A stretch of 51,231 bases of DNA, filler included, from Perkinsus olseni (Eukaryota), in the NCBI GenBank assembly GCA_013115125.1. It is 2 parts of 2 records of this genome, joined end to end, with 100 filler letters (N's around TTAATTAATTAA, not from the genome) between each part and the next. Parts side by side here need not be neighbours in the genome. Positions count along the whole stretch, not along the records: positions 25,670 to 51,231 come from JABANN010000496.1; 1 more part is not named here. One strand, given 5' to 3'. A model generated the notes under the pieces. The model did not search any database. It was given only the letters and a program-made list of their open reading frames with translations, and was not told where the DNA came from. Of this stretch, positions 35,301 through 47,638 are shown one piece after another. Every line of letters starts with the position of its first letter. Position 1 is the stretch's first letter. Made by a program: the position numbers and the translations under genes.

Positions 35301-38300
35301 TGGTCCTTCAGTTCTTCGGGCGACCGGCTGGAAGGAGCATGTCCGTCGTTGGGCCGTCCCGCATGTCCCTTTCTCAAGGCGCGGGGGGTATCCCTGGTCT
35401 GAACCACAGCGGGGCCGCCTCCAAGAAATGCATAGCGTCGGAGTTCGCCAAGCAGGTGAGGTCATGATGAGATCCCGCTTTACCCCTCGGAGGCATCTTC
35501 AGGTGGACGTCCTCTTGGAGGACCTTAAAGCCACTCGGTCCCATTACATTCGGTGTATCAAACCCAATGATGACCAGCTGCCTGGAGTGTTCAGCCCTGA
35601 CAGGGTCTTCAAGCAGCTGGAGGTAGGGGTAGTGCGATGCTACGAGTCGTGGCTGTTGAGTGGGCGTCTCAGGTTACTGGAATGTTCACAGTGCTGGTCC
35701 TGATGGCTCATGCTTACCCGACCAGGATACCCTATGCGGATCTTTTTGACCGGTAGCTTCCCGAGTCGAGCTCGAGGGAATCTTTGTGATTTCCCTCTCC
35801 AGGTACAAGTCAATGCTTCCTGGGCATATCTTGGGGTTGCTTATGAGACCGGGCAGAGGCGGTGGAGCGAGACTTTTTGTCGAGCAAATGCTCGAAGTAG
35901 GCCGGATGCTTGGTCCGAATTCTGATGCGATGGCGAGCATCGCTCCGCTCATGCCAGAAAGAACTTTTGAGCCGGCCGGGAGGGGCTACGTCGGCACTCT
36001 TCAGGTGGTGGCCGAAGAGGAGCGCTCTTCTGGAAGGGAGTACTCGAAGGGGAAGGAATTTGCCCTTGGGACATCCAAGGTCTTCTTCCGACCCCAGAGT
36101 GTGGAGCCTGTGGACTCTTTGCTTGTGAGACGCCGTACTGATGCGCTGATTCCGCATCTACGGTGCTATCAGGCCGCTATTGATGGCGACGTGGCCAAGA
36201 GGAATCGAGTGGCACAGGCGATAGCAACTTCCATCATTCGGAGGAGAAGATATCGTCAGCAGTGCTACATCAGGGTGGGTACTCCAATCACCAGCAGCAG
36301 AGACGGATTTTATTCTTCTAGACTGGAGGCCGCCTTCTCGTCATCCTTCGACGACGCCAGAACTACTGGAAGTGGTTCCATCAGTACTTCCTCCGCCTCA
36401 CTGCCATCGTCAAGTTCATCCGCCGTCGTCTCCTGCCGTCCGTGTGAGTATCGCCTCCTCGTCTTGGCAGTGGTTGTTCGACGGGACCTATGGTAGGTAT
36501 GAGAAGCGCCGCATCCGCAAGGCAGCGGCTTGCAAGATTCAGGAGTACTGGCGCGCTCGACGCGACAGGAGGCGCCGGGAGGCTGCACTGATCATAGTGT
36601 CTCGAATGCGGTGTTATCTAGCGCGGAAGGTGCTGAAGGAGAGGGCCCTACGGTAGGTTGCGTCACCCAGGCAGAGGGAAGAAGCCTCTTTGTTGCTCAG
36701 CCGCCGTGTCTGTACGGCCAGCGCGATCTCCATCCAGTGCGCATGGCGGCAGAGGTTAGCCCGAAGGGAGCTACGACGAAGATTCAACGCCAACGAAGAG
36801 GCTAAACGACGGTCTGAGTCGACGTGAATTCGAGAAGGGAAACTCTGCTTTGTCAGGCATGCGGAGATGGAACGGATGAAGGAACTCCAGAGGGAGAAGG
36901 AGGCCGCAGAGCGGGAACTGCGGGAAGCGCGAGAGCTCATTGAGAAGAAGGAAGGTGGACCCACGGGCCGCGTGGCTGCCGCGTGGCTGTACGGGTTCTG
37001 CTGTCAGAGGAATCCGCAGCAGTATGCGAGGCCCTGGTAAAACAAGAAGAGCAGACAGCGTAAGTGGAAGGGTTCTCTCTGCTGGTATGGTTCGGTCAGA
37101 TCGGACCGAGAGAACCGTAGCATGGCTCTTGCGGACTGGGAGGCCCGGCAGGTTCGAGACGCTGATGCTGCTCGAGCCCGAGGTAGGGCAGGCTGCGAGG
37201 GGACAGCTTTAGTTCACTGCATTTTAGAGGAAGCTGAGAAGACGCGGCTGATGGAGGAGCAGATATCCCTGGAGGCATCTCTGGCGGAGGAGCGAGCCCG
37301 GTTCCAAGCACAGCTGGCAGCGGAGAGAGCACGGGTTGAGGCTCAAATGGCGGAAGAGAAGGCTAGGATGGAGTTGAGGTTGGCTGAGGAGCGTGCTGCG
37401 ATAGAGGCAGAGCGGGCTCGGAATGAAGAGGAGAAGAGGCGTATCGAGGCGGAGCGAGCCCAAGAGTAGGCAGGGGACATCGGCAACCGCGGACGTGTAC
37501 TCATCAGAGCTGCGATGGCGGAGACTCTCCGACAGCAGCAGTTGGAGTTGGACCGGGAGAAGACGGAGCTGGAGCAGGCCAAGCTGGCTGTCAGCATGAC
37601 TGGGCCGCTCAGCTCTCCCGGTACTTCTGAGGGTTCGGTGAAGCGAGAGCAGGAGCTCCTTGCCGAGCAGGAGGTGTCATGAAGTAGGTTTGCTTATGGC
37701 GTGGATGCGGCTGTTTTTAGGAGGAGATAGCTCGACTGCGGGCGGAGGTGGAGGCCTTCAAGATGAAGAAGGACACTGAGATGAAGGTGGAGGTAAGCTT
37801 CAAACATTTTGCAGTTCCCTGCTCGCGAGTACCAGCTGTAATGAACTGAACCAGCTGTAACGTACTGAACCGGCCGCCCTTTGCGTGGTCTAGCTGGGCT
37901 AGCTAATTGGCCCCTCAGGACCGATCAGGTGGCCTGCTCGTCCCCGGCCTGTTACAGGCCGTAGTCAGTGTTGTGAGAATACTCGATCTGCGGCGTTTTC
38001 GTTGAAGGTTGGGCCGTCGCAGTCCACCGGGCGGGAGGAGATAGCAGTGTGGTGGTCAGTGGTGGTCGAACTCGTTAGGTGGAAGGGTCAGCCTCGTCCA
38101 AGAGGGCCCACTCCCCAACGCTCGGAAGTGTGCCACCGGCGAAGCGGAGCCGGTCTAATTCCTCTAATGGTCCCGAGAACGGCTGCACTCCACGGAAGTG
38201 AGCCCTACTGTAACTGTGTCTGCTGACAGAATATGATCAGGCCAAGAGTCACCGGCGATGTTCCGATGATGTCGGCCTCCCCTTTGGCATTCACACCTGG

Positions 38301-39563
38301 CCGCGGTGACCGCAGTGAGTCCCGGCTCGAATCAGCACAGAAGGCCCGCCGCGCGGCGAGAGCCGACTACTCCGGAGGTGGGGAGCCTTTGCTGTTTGCG
38401 GCTCGCATTGGCGATAGCAGGAGTGGCATCAGCTGTCAGTAGAAGGGAGCAGATGCAAAGGCTTGAAAGGATGAATAACAGCGCGGAGAAGGAGAAGCGT
38501 CTGAAGGCCATGCGGGTGAAGGGAGATCCCAGCATACCGATGCGGCAACCTCGGCATGTCAGAAGTCTGCCAGATGGATTGACGATGATGATGTTACTTC
38601 GCTGTCGCCGATCAAGCCAGTCGGGGAGGACCACTGCGGGTGAGCGTTGGATGAGTAACCGCGCCCCAGAAGGTCGTGTAGGGGCAGGGACAGCCTACTG
38701 GAGATATCGGACCAGGAGATGTGCGAAGCTAAGCCGCAGACTAAGTGGGAGGCTGAAGCATCCAGAGTCAGCGAGCCGATGGTGGAGCGGAAGATTTGGA
38801 CCAGGCAGACGAGGAACTCTGGTCGACTGTGAGAGCCTCTCCTTGCGAGATGGAGTCATATAGCTTCGCCACTCAGGACCTCAGAGATGTCCGTTTCATC
38901 GGTGGCTATCAGCGAGAGCCATCTAAAGCAGCCTCGAGCCCGAGTTGCCGCTAAGGGGGGCGCCAGGGCGAGAGCAGCGTCTGCTAACACCTCCGCCGCC
39001 TATGGTTCAAGGGTGAGTGCTCGAAGCGAAGATTGATCCATCCTTTACGTGTGCAGAGCGCTGGCGCGACCAGCGCTCCGGCAAGGGCCGTACGGAGTGG
39101 CCGAGCGGCTGCGGCTGTTTACGAGCACGAGAACATATCCGGTAGCACGGGGCTTGACCAGCGGAAGCGATGCAGGTTTCTCCTCACAGGGATCAGCAGC
39201 ACGTCGAAGCTCAGCTTCAATCAGAGTAGAAGTTGCCTAGCGGGGAAGGGACGTGGGGCAGGCACGAGGATGCAGCCGCCTGGGTTCACCAGCAAGGGTG
39301 TGCCTCGAGGTTCGGCCTCCACCAGAGCTATCTCGGCTCCTGTGACTGGACGGAGAGTGAGGGACACTACAAGATTTGATGCAAGCAATTGTAGTTTCCT
39401 TAGGGAGGCGGTCCTGCGACCGGCACGGTTGACTCGAGCTCCAGAATTGGGCAGGGCAAAGGTACACTACGAACGGCGGGGACAGCGTCGGGGTCGACCA
39501 CCGCACGAAGGGGGAAGGGTGCGTCGTCAACTCGGCGATGACTGTATCATCATGGTGCAATAA
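32334..39563 (+). CDS. Myosin heavy chain (motor + IQ motifs + coiled-coil/low-complexity tail), multi-exon
   Basis: [17 protein letters not shown]-loop [99 protein letters not shown]-like IQEYWRARR and [11 protein letters not shown], coiled coil at 37227-37600. The 3' end is approximate. Confidence 0.95.
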
Positions 39564-40557
39564 TTCGCTCAATGTAGCTGCAATCACGTGGCGACCGCTG
39601 ATCCCATTTTCTCATTCTTGTGTGCGCGTTGGGTGATGTAAGTCTCAAGCGATGTAACACTGAGCATATTACTCATGAATTGCTGAACAGCATGTTCAAA
39701 CCACGGGCCCCAAATACACCTCAGGGTGCAACTCTATGATGACGCCACGTGGACCTTGAGCCACTCCTTCAAGGTTGATGACGAGACTCACCTAACCATA
39801 TGATGTTCGAAGTGCTTGTCAACGATAATCAGCGAGTGCCGATAGCTACCAGTGGTAGCCTACCACGTAGTCACATTTGCAAAGGGCTTCTGCGGGCTTT
39901 CAACCACGAAGGAAGTACTTTGTTGAAAGTGCACTAATCGATGTTAAATTAACATTGTTAATTTAACAGTAGTAGGGATAACAGCCACATAGCGAGGCAG
40001 ATGAATTTCAGCACAATAATTGCTGGCCTCAGGCAAACGATGATGACTTCGTCCAACTTGCAGTAACAAGGCTTCTCCATTACGCATGCATGGGAGTTGT
40101 TAGTAGCGACGCGATCATTGATAGATAACTCGACATCGCACGGTTGGGTAAGAAACGAATGCCTCCATGTCCATGGGTCACTCAAATCTCTTGGGAGGTA
40201 ATATGGATGCCGTTATCTGAGCTCGTGCCAATGGGTGGGGAGTCGAGCTGTCGACTGACTTGCCTTGCCCAACGCGAGAGCGCAATTCACGCATCATCGG
40301 AGGTGAGCCAGCCCGAAAGCGTCCTGGAGGCGTAGCGTCCAACACTGGCCAGATGTGCATTGTAAGGCCGGTAGAATAGAATGCTGAAGGGACCTAAAAC
40401 TGCACGCATTAACTGTGGAAAGTTCCCACTGGAAACTCTATTCAATGCCACGAAGTCATCTCTCCTCACCTCTAACTTCGGAAAACGACATAGGGTGTCG
40501 AGAAGACAAGGCCTGCCCGTCGGGCAGTGCCCGAGAAGCAGAGGGGATGCGCGCCGA

Positions 40558-40830
40558 CTATACCATTCAGAAGCCTATTTGGCGGATAAGGCCGCCTATA
40601 TGGGGCTCGAGGATTTCACGTTAGCGAGTTGAGACAGCAAATTAGCGGTAGGGTCGAGATGAGGGGATACAATTGGCGGATAAAGAAGTCATTTTAGCGG
40701 CAGGCCTCAAATAAGGATTTCTTATTAAGGGAATCAATTCCGCGAATAAGGCGCGCAATTTTATGATTAAGGAAATCAATTTCGCCGATAAGGACATCAT
40801 TTCGGGACGGCCCGTCCCGGACGGGGGATG
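40558..40830 (+). repeat. Putative transposon terminal region with subterminal GATAAG(G)-like repeats
   Basis: First ~125 bp match 25670-25795 inverted. ttggcggataa occurs twice, with further aataagg/gataagg and taagg.aatcaatt repeats through ~40795. Confidence 0.6.
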
Positions 40831-43800
40831 GGCAGTCCATCATGGATTTCAACCACGTACTGCGGTAACCGCGCATTGTATGCCAAGTAACTGCCGCTAA
40901 GCAGAATATCAGTTCTTTCCGAGTTGTCGCAGTACGTGGTTACTTTTTGCTGTTGCAGGTTGCGGCCTGCACTGGGGGTTCAACTGACTGAACTCGTAGG
41001 AAAGAGCGGTACATTTGCAGGACTGTTTGTAAAATAAATATGTAGATAGTAACGATTGTAAGTGTACAACTTTAGTATGGAACTCGTACAATACGAGATC
41101 TACGCATGCGATCCATGTACTAGAGACCTTGCCCAGTGCGGCCCGGCCAACATCCGCCGGAAGCTACATTCCTTACTTTCTCGAGGGACTGTTGATATGA
41201 TGGTATCACGGATATCGGACGTATTATGAACCAGCCTCAATTGCTCGATTGCTCCATCATGCAGGTTTGCGCGGACCCACTGCTGGAGTGCCAGAAGGGG
41301 ACCCGCAGTCCCGTCCTCCAAGGCGTCTTCTGGTATCTCCAAGAAAAGTTTAACCTGAAATTCAGGTTAAGCGCAGTTTCATTCACGCCCTGAACGAATA
41401 ACCGTGAAAACCACGCATCATCGACATTGCCCTAATTTGAGGAGACCATTCCGTCCAGTATTGCAGTCTGCAATTTGCAGAGTAGAATTGGGTGTTGAGT
41501 GTCTAATGAGGAAGTAGTGAGCATTTTTCGTGTGTCATTACGTAGTCGCACGAGGGCAGTCTGCCCGATTCTCGAATGCTGAATGAACATCCTTCAGTGG
41601 GATTCATACGTGAGTCCTCCAGATATGATCTCTCTAATTTGAGCCGAATCACTTGACGGGTTTTCGGAAACCTCTAAAGAGGGCGCATCGATGCGAATGC
41701 AATCTGTCACAAATCGCACAAATTATTTCTGCATACCATCACCTGTACACCGTTCATCCTATCCAGATGTCGCAAGGCCCTTATAGCGCCGGGGACTTCC
41801 CGAATATACGTGCAGAACCTGCGAACACCATGCGGAAAAATTAAGTGACAGTACTCCAGACTCAGCTAAGACCAAACTGATAATCCTCTGCTTACTCTCT
41901 GCTGTGCACTAGGCGTGAGACAGATTCTGGTAGATAGCCGTTGCCTTCTAACACCCGATCGGAGACTCGCTCTGAGTTGTCCGGCAGGATCACACCTGAA
42001 AGCCTCCGAGGGCCGCCGGGCTCGTCGCGTAGCGTGACGACCTTTCACTACACTCGGGACGCCCTTGCCACAACTCCCGCACGGCCCCTTCAACGTCACA
42101 GATCGTATCAACCAGGTCCACGAATATAACGTGAAAATTTTCCTCATACGGCGGGACATATTCGGTGGGGTGGCGAATCTGACGAAGCCCCGAGTCTGCG
42201 CCGTTGAATAATTCCGTCAAATCCTCGAGATCGCTCGAGGCTGTCGTGGGAGACGATATGGAAAACATTGCCTGATGCGTTCCTCTGTATACAAGACTGC
42301 ACAGATGGCTCAGCGGCAGTGACATGATAGAACGCAACAACAGTGCATAGTCAAGGTTCTTCATCTTATAAGCCATGCGAACAACGTAAAAGGATTCAAG
42401 CGGACCTGAAGATCTAACACATGATACTGACACTGGCGATTTATCTAGCGGCAGAAGTGCCCCGCGGGACAGTGACTTGCGAATGATAATACTATTATCT
42501 CAGTCGATGGCGGAGGTCCGTAGCCTAAAACGAGCAAGGGAGGGTTCTTCGAAACCGGTAGGTCTACTTCTCACAAAAGTCATTCGCGAAGCCTGCACTT
42601 CAATCTTCTATTGGACATCAACTTCTTCCTCGAATCCTCGTATCCTTCTTCTTGTGCCTCGAGCAATGCACGATAGAGCAAGGCAGCTTGCCTAAACCGA
42701 GCACTACTGAGATCTAGAATTCTCCCCCTAAAGCTAGGCCAACGGCTTATAGCGGCTCGAGTGGACGTCCGGCGCTGGAAGATATTCCAATCCGCGGGTA
42801 GGATCACAATTGCCGGAGGAGCGGATCTCAGATGGGAGCCACTTGCCTCGTCGCGGACTGGGGGAAGAGAACATACTCAGGTAAGACTCCGAGAGATTGA
42901 AGGTGAGCTTACTAGAAGCGGCAGTTCCCACTGCATAAAGCATAACGTCAGCGTTGAGCTCAAACGCCGAAGGGCCCACAACAAGACGAACACGGCCCGG
43001 ATAAGCGTCTGATTATCAGCCGAGGAGTATCAATCGCTACAATTCGTTGACTTACTAAAATGCCTTCTGATGCAGCCGATGAGTTCAAACCACAAATCCG
43101 TCAGCGCAGTATCGTGTCCTCGGGCAGCCGCTTTGGAATTAGCGAAGACGGTAACCTACAGCCAACGTGCTACAGAAGGTTATAATACACGTCTTCCTGC
43201 AGAGTTACTTGCACTCCAGGTACGGCCATCAAAGATAGCACTGTTCCTGTGTAATGCTCTAGAGCCGCTTTGTCATGTACGACAAGTACAATTTTTGTAG
43301 TAGCCTGGGGATGATCACCCATTGCGCAGGATAATGGAGCCAAATCAACTAAAGTACACAGGCAGTGGTCCCCGAGATATACCCGTGGAAGAGGGGACAA
43401 CTTCCCCAATGCACTCGGTTGATATCGGTTATGGCTTCAGACCGATCTCCCTCTCTGTCGGAACGAGTCTTTCCTCACAACAACGGTACCCAGTCGGTAC
43501 TGCCCACGGCTTTTTGTGGCGAGGTCTCACATAGTTAGACACTGATTCATCAATATTCGCTCTGAAAATTCGAAAATAGAATCCGCGTAGCAGCTCCCGA
43601 ACAGGTATACTGACACAGGATCTGATCCACTGATCACGTGAGTATTACTGTTCACTGAACAGTAATACTCGCTGAGTCAGTGTTCCGTGTTACAGTAACA
43701 CTGAACACTGATTCAGCGAGCATTACTGTGGTTGAGTAACACTGTTACTCGACCACGTTGTATTCGCGAATAGGAAAGACCAAGTTACGACCGTCCAAGC

Positions 43801-45819
43801 CAGAACTTCGGGTTTTCGCAATGCCCGAACTGGCTGCTGCCATCCCATTCATAGTTGACCAGAGCGATGACCAATCCGCCAGGTAGTTCTACGTAGCCAC
43901 CCACACTAGAATGCTCTACCCACCAACGAAGTCTCCGATCATGCAACGCCAAACAACACGGAGCATGTCAATCCAGAAACTAATGAACAGCATGCTCACA
44001 CCACGGGCGGCTTAATCGGCCCTAAATACTCCTCGGGGTGCAACTTCGGCCTGACAGAATCAGTCGGGATCGGGTCAGCACTAGAAGATGTTCTCACCGA
44101 AAATTCTCGGGCAGAGGCATCATTGCGGGAGTCAAGGCGGGAAGGCCTTCAGCGATCTCGACTCTGAAATTATCACAAATAACTGCTGACTGCCGCACTC
44201 CCCGAGAGGACCTGCAACGGCGCATCTGGTCCGCAAGCTGAGCGCACGTCCGCACTGCTTGGTCGAACAACCTAACGAAAGGAGCAAGTTGCTACTAGGG
44301 CGATCGGAAAACCGGCCTAGTACTCGTCTCGACACTGGTCGTAGTATTGCTTATTTACGTGGTAGCACTTGAACTCTCCTTGGTAACTAAAAAACGTTTA
44401 AATAAACCCTTGGCAGTTCAATTTACTTACGAGACTTCCCGTTCCCATTTAGATCTCTTCTCGTCGTGTATCCAGTCCTTACGCTCATGAAGGAATGTAG
44501 CGAAGCTGATGAGCAACACATGAAGGTGTGGATCCTACCAATACTGGTCCCTCAGGGGGAACACGACTGCACGGCTACGAGCATTCAGCAAGCCCAAGAA
44601 TTTCGACAGCGAACTCTGCGGTAACAGAGATCGTCTAGCTCGGAGTACAGTGCGCGCCTCGTTATCCTCACCGAGACAAGGGCATTCCTTCGAGGGTAGA
44701 GGACCCACGTATGCCCAGACGAAAATTTCGAATGCGTTGAGAGTGAACAGAGGAGAACGTGCCCTGCGAGGCGCCGGTGATATTACCCCATCCATACAAA
44801 CTCGCTTATCGTGGCAAAGAGGAGGAACTTCTGCCAGAAGGTTTGACGGTAGATCTTCTTTCCGATCCAGCTGGCAGCCGCAGCGGGGCCTCGGTACACT
44901 GGAAGGCTCGCTAGCCGTGTTGAGGAGAACATGAGCTTAGAAGGAAGGGACTATGGCGCGATCGGCGAAGAAGATCAATAACGAAGCGCGTCGCAGCGAT
45001 CATGCGAATTCTCGGAGAGTTGGGCCGTTGAGCGAAGGGCTCTTTTCGCTTCGAATCGGCGCGAAATCGCATCTTAGACACGGTGGCAGGCTATCCCCTG
45101 TTTAACGAACTAATCATGAGACCCAAGACGATTCAGCAATTCATTTTTACGCGTGGAAAGCGGTTCCACAATCGATTCAGTGCTTCGAAGATATATATTG
45201 AGCGTCCTCAATGCCTAACGGCCTTCGAGTCCAACGGACATCTTTCGACCTGCCCCCCCCCCCTTCAATGAAGTTATTCTGAGTGTAAAATTAGTTTTTA
45301 CACGTTAAACTCAACGGAATCGGTTTATTGTAATGATGCGTCTGCCCAGAGAACCGCTGAGAATTCTCAAGGTGAAACCAGAAAGCAAGGTCTCGGCACG
45401 TCACAGCATTGGCGCAATGAATTGGTTCGGGCCTCCCAGAGTCCGTCACTAAAATCTGGAAGGCCGGTCACTATTTTTGCAAAATGCATGAACAGCGCGT
45501 TTAGGATAGGGCGCGCCACTTGTGCAGTCCGCATTGGCTTGGCGCTCATTCTTGTGTTACTAGCGTTGCGTTGCTAGCGGGTCTCTGCGAGTTCTCTCTT
45601 ATTTGAAATATCTATCTACTGAGTAATGCTTCGACATGTTCTTGGTCGTTTCTAGTGCTATTCCTGTGATGTTCTTGGCTACAATGCTTCTAAGATTCCT
45701 GAGAGCCCTCTATGCTACTTCCGTATGTCCCGACGGCATTGCCCGCTATCGTCGCACCGTTGGCCAGTGCATCCATTTTATGACTGTGACTCTGACTACT
45801 ATCCCTACATGTCCTCTAC

Positions 45820-47420
45820 TGTCGTGACTACGATGAGCAGTAAGCCGGTTATTGCTATTGCTATGGTCGTGATTACGGCGAGCTCTGAGGCGGTGATTGC
45901 TACTTCTATGGTCGTGCCTACAATGAACAACGAGCCGGGTATTGCTATCGTTATGATCGTGACTATGAAGAACACTGAGGCGGTTGTTGCTATTATGGTC
46001 GTGACTACAATGAACAACGAGTCGGTTATTGCTATCGCTATGGTCGTGACTGAGGCGATTATTGCTATTGCTATGGTCATGCCTATGATGAGCACTGATT
46101 CGGTTATTGCTATTTCTCTATGGTCGTGGCTACAATGGGCGTGGAGCCGGTTATTGCTACTTCTATGGTCGTGACTACAATGAGCCCCGAGGCGATTATT
46201 GTTGCTGCTATGGTCGTGACTACGATGAATGATGAGTCGATTATCGTTGTTGCCATGGTCGTGACTACAATGAGCAACGGGCCGGTTATTGCTATCGCCA
46301 TGGTCGTGAGTACAGAGAACACTAAGGCGATTATTGCTATTACTATGGTGGTGACTACGATGAGCACTGAGCCGGTTATTGCTACTTCTATGATCGTGTC
46401 TACAATGGTCGCTGAGCCGGTTATTGCTATCGTTATGGTCGTGGCTACAATGAGACCTAAGCCGGTAATTGGTGTTGCTATGGTCGTGACTACTGTGAGT
46501 GATGAGTCGATTATTGTTGTTGCTATGGCCGTGACTACTGTGAGTGATGAGTCGATTATTGTTGTTGCTATGGTCGTGACTACAATGAACAACGAGTCGG
46601 TTATTGCTATCGCTATGGTCGTGAGTACGAAGAACACTGAGGCGATATTGCTATTGCTATGGTCGTGACTACAATGAGCGCTGAGTCGGTTATTGCTATC
46701 GCTATGGTCGTGAGTACGAAGAACACTGAGGCGATATTGCTATTGCTATGGTCGTGACTACAATGAGCGCTGAGTCGGTTATTGCTATCGCTATGGTCGT
46801 GAGTACGAAGAACACTGAGGCGATATTGCTACTCTATGGTCGTGCCTACAATGAACAACGAGCCGGGTATTGCTATCGTTATGATCGTGACTATGAAGAA
46901 CACTGATGCGGTTGTTGCTACTATGGTCGTGACTACAATGAGCGCTGAGTCGGTTATTGCTATCGCTATGGTCGTGACTGAGGCGCTTATTGCTATTGCT
47001 ATGGTCATGCCTATGATGAGCACTGATTCGGTTATTGCTATTTCTCTATGGTCGTGGCTACAATGGGCGTTGAGCCGGTTATTGTTATCGTTATGGTCGT
47101 GACTACAATAAACACCGAGCCGGTTATTGCTACTTCTATGGTCGTGACTACAATGAGCCCCGAGGCGAGTATTGTTGCTGCTATGATCGTGACTACAATG
47201 AACGAGTCGGTTATTGCTATTGCTATGGTCGTGACTACCACGAGCACTGAGGCGGTAATTGGTGTTGCTATGGTCGTGACTACGATGAACACTGAGGCGG
47301 TTATCGCTATTGTTACGGTTCGCGACTACAATAAGCACTGAGGGGGTTATTGCTACTTCTACGGTCGTGACTACGATGATGCTGGGTCGAGTATTGTTAT
47401 TGCTATGGTCGTGACTACTT
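45820..47420. repeat. Minisatellite, ~45-bp unit (~35 copies) with higher-order duplications
   Basis: Consensus ~gtcgtgactacaatgagcactgagccggttattgctattgctatg. Near-exact ~86-bp sub-block repeated about three times at ~46575-46830; block ~45897-46200 is repeated at ~46826-47170. Confidence 0.95.
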
Positions 47421-47638
47421 GCTGTGATCGCGAGTCACGACTCATGACTACGACGAGTACTGCCACTTCCACTCGTAACTCAATTGCTTTTCAGTTGTTG
47501 AGAAGCATGCTTGTTATTTGCTAGTGACGGATGCATGACGACAAGACAGAAATGAGTAAGCCAGACTTGTTGATTTGCGAATGACAATGACTGCAGTATA
47601 CAAGTGCTCTCAGGTGCTCGGACATAAGGCCAGAGCTC

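Noticed and set aside
37113-37132. accgtagcatggctc resembling the perkinsid/dinoflagellate spliced leader (also gagccatcttg at ~6248)
   Set aside because: Only partial matches; the first is inside myosin coding sequence and neither has SL RNA structure.
28190-39587. Numerous minus-strand ORFs over the coiled-coil and myosin genes
   Set aside because: Antisense shadows of GC-rich plus-strand exons.
45820-47420. CRISPR array, or multi-pass membrane protein ORFs (45725-46174, 46110-46668 etc.)
   Set aside because: Contiguous degenerate units with no unique spacers and no cas genes, in a eukaryotic context. The ORFs appear on both strands and are frame-broken, as expected from a codon-phased repeat.
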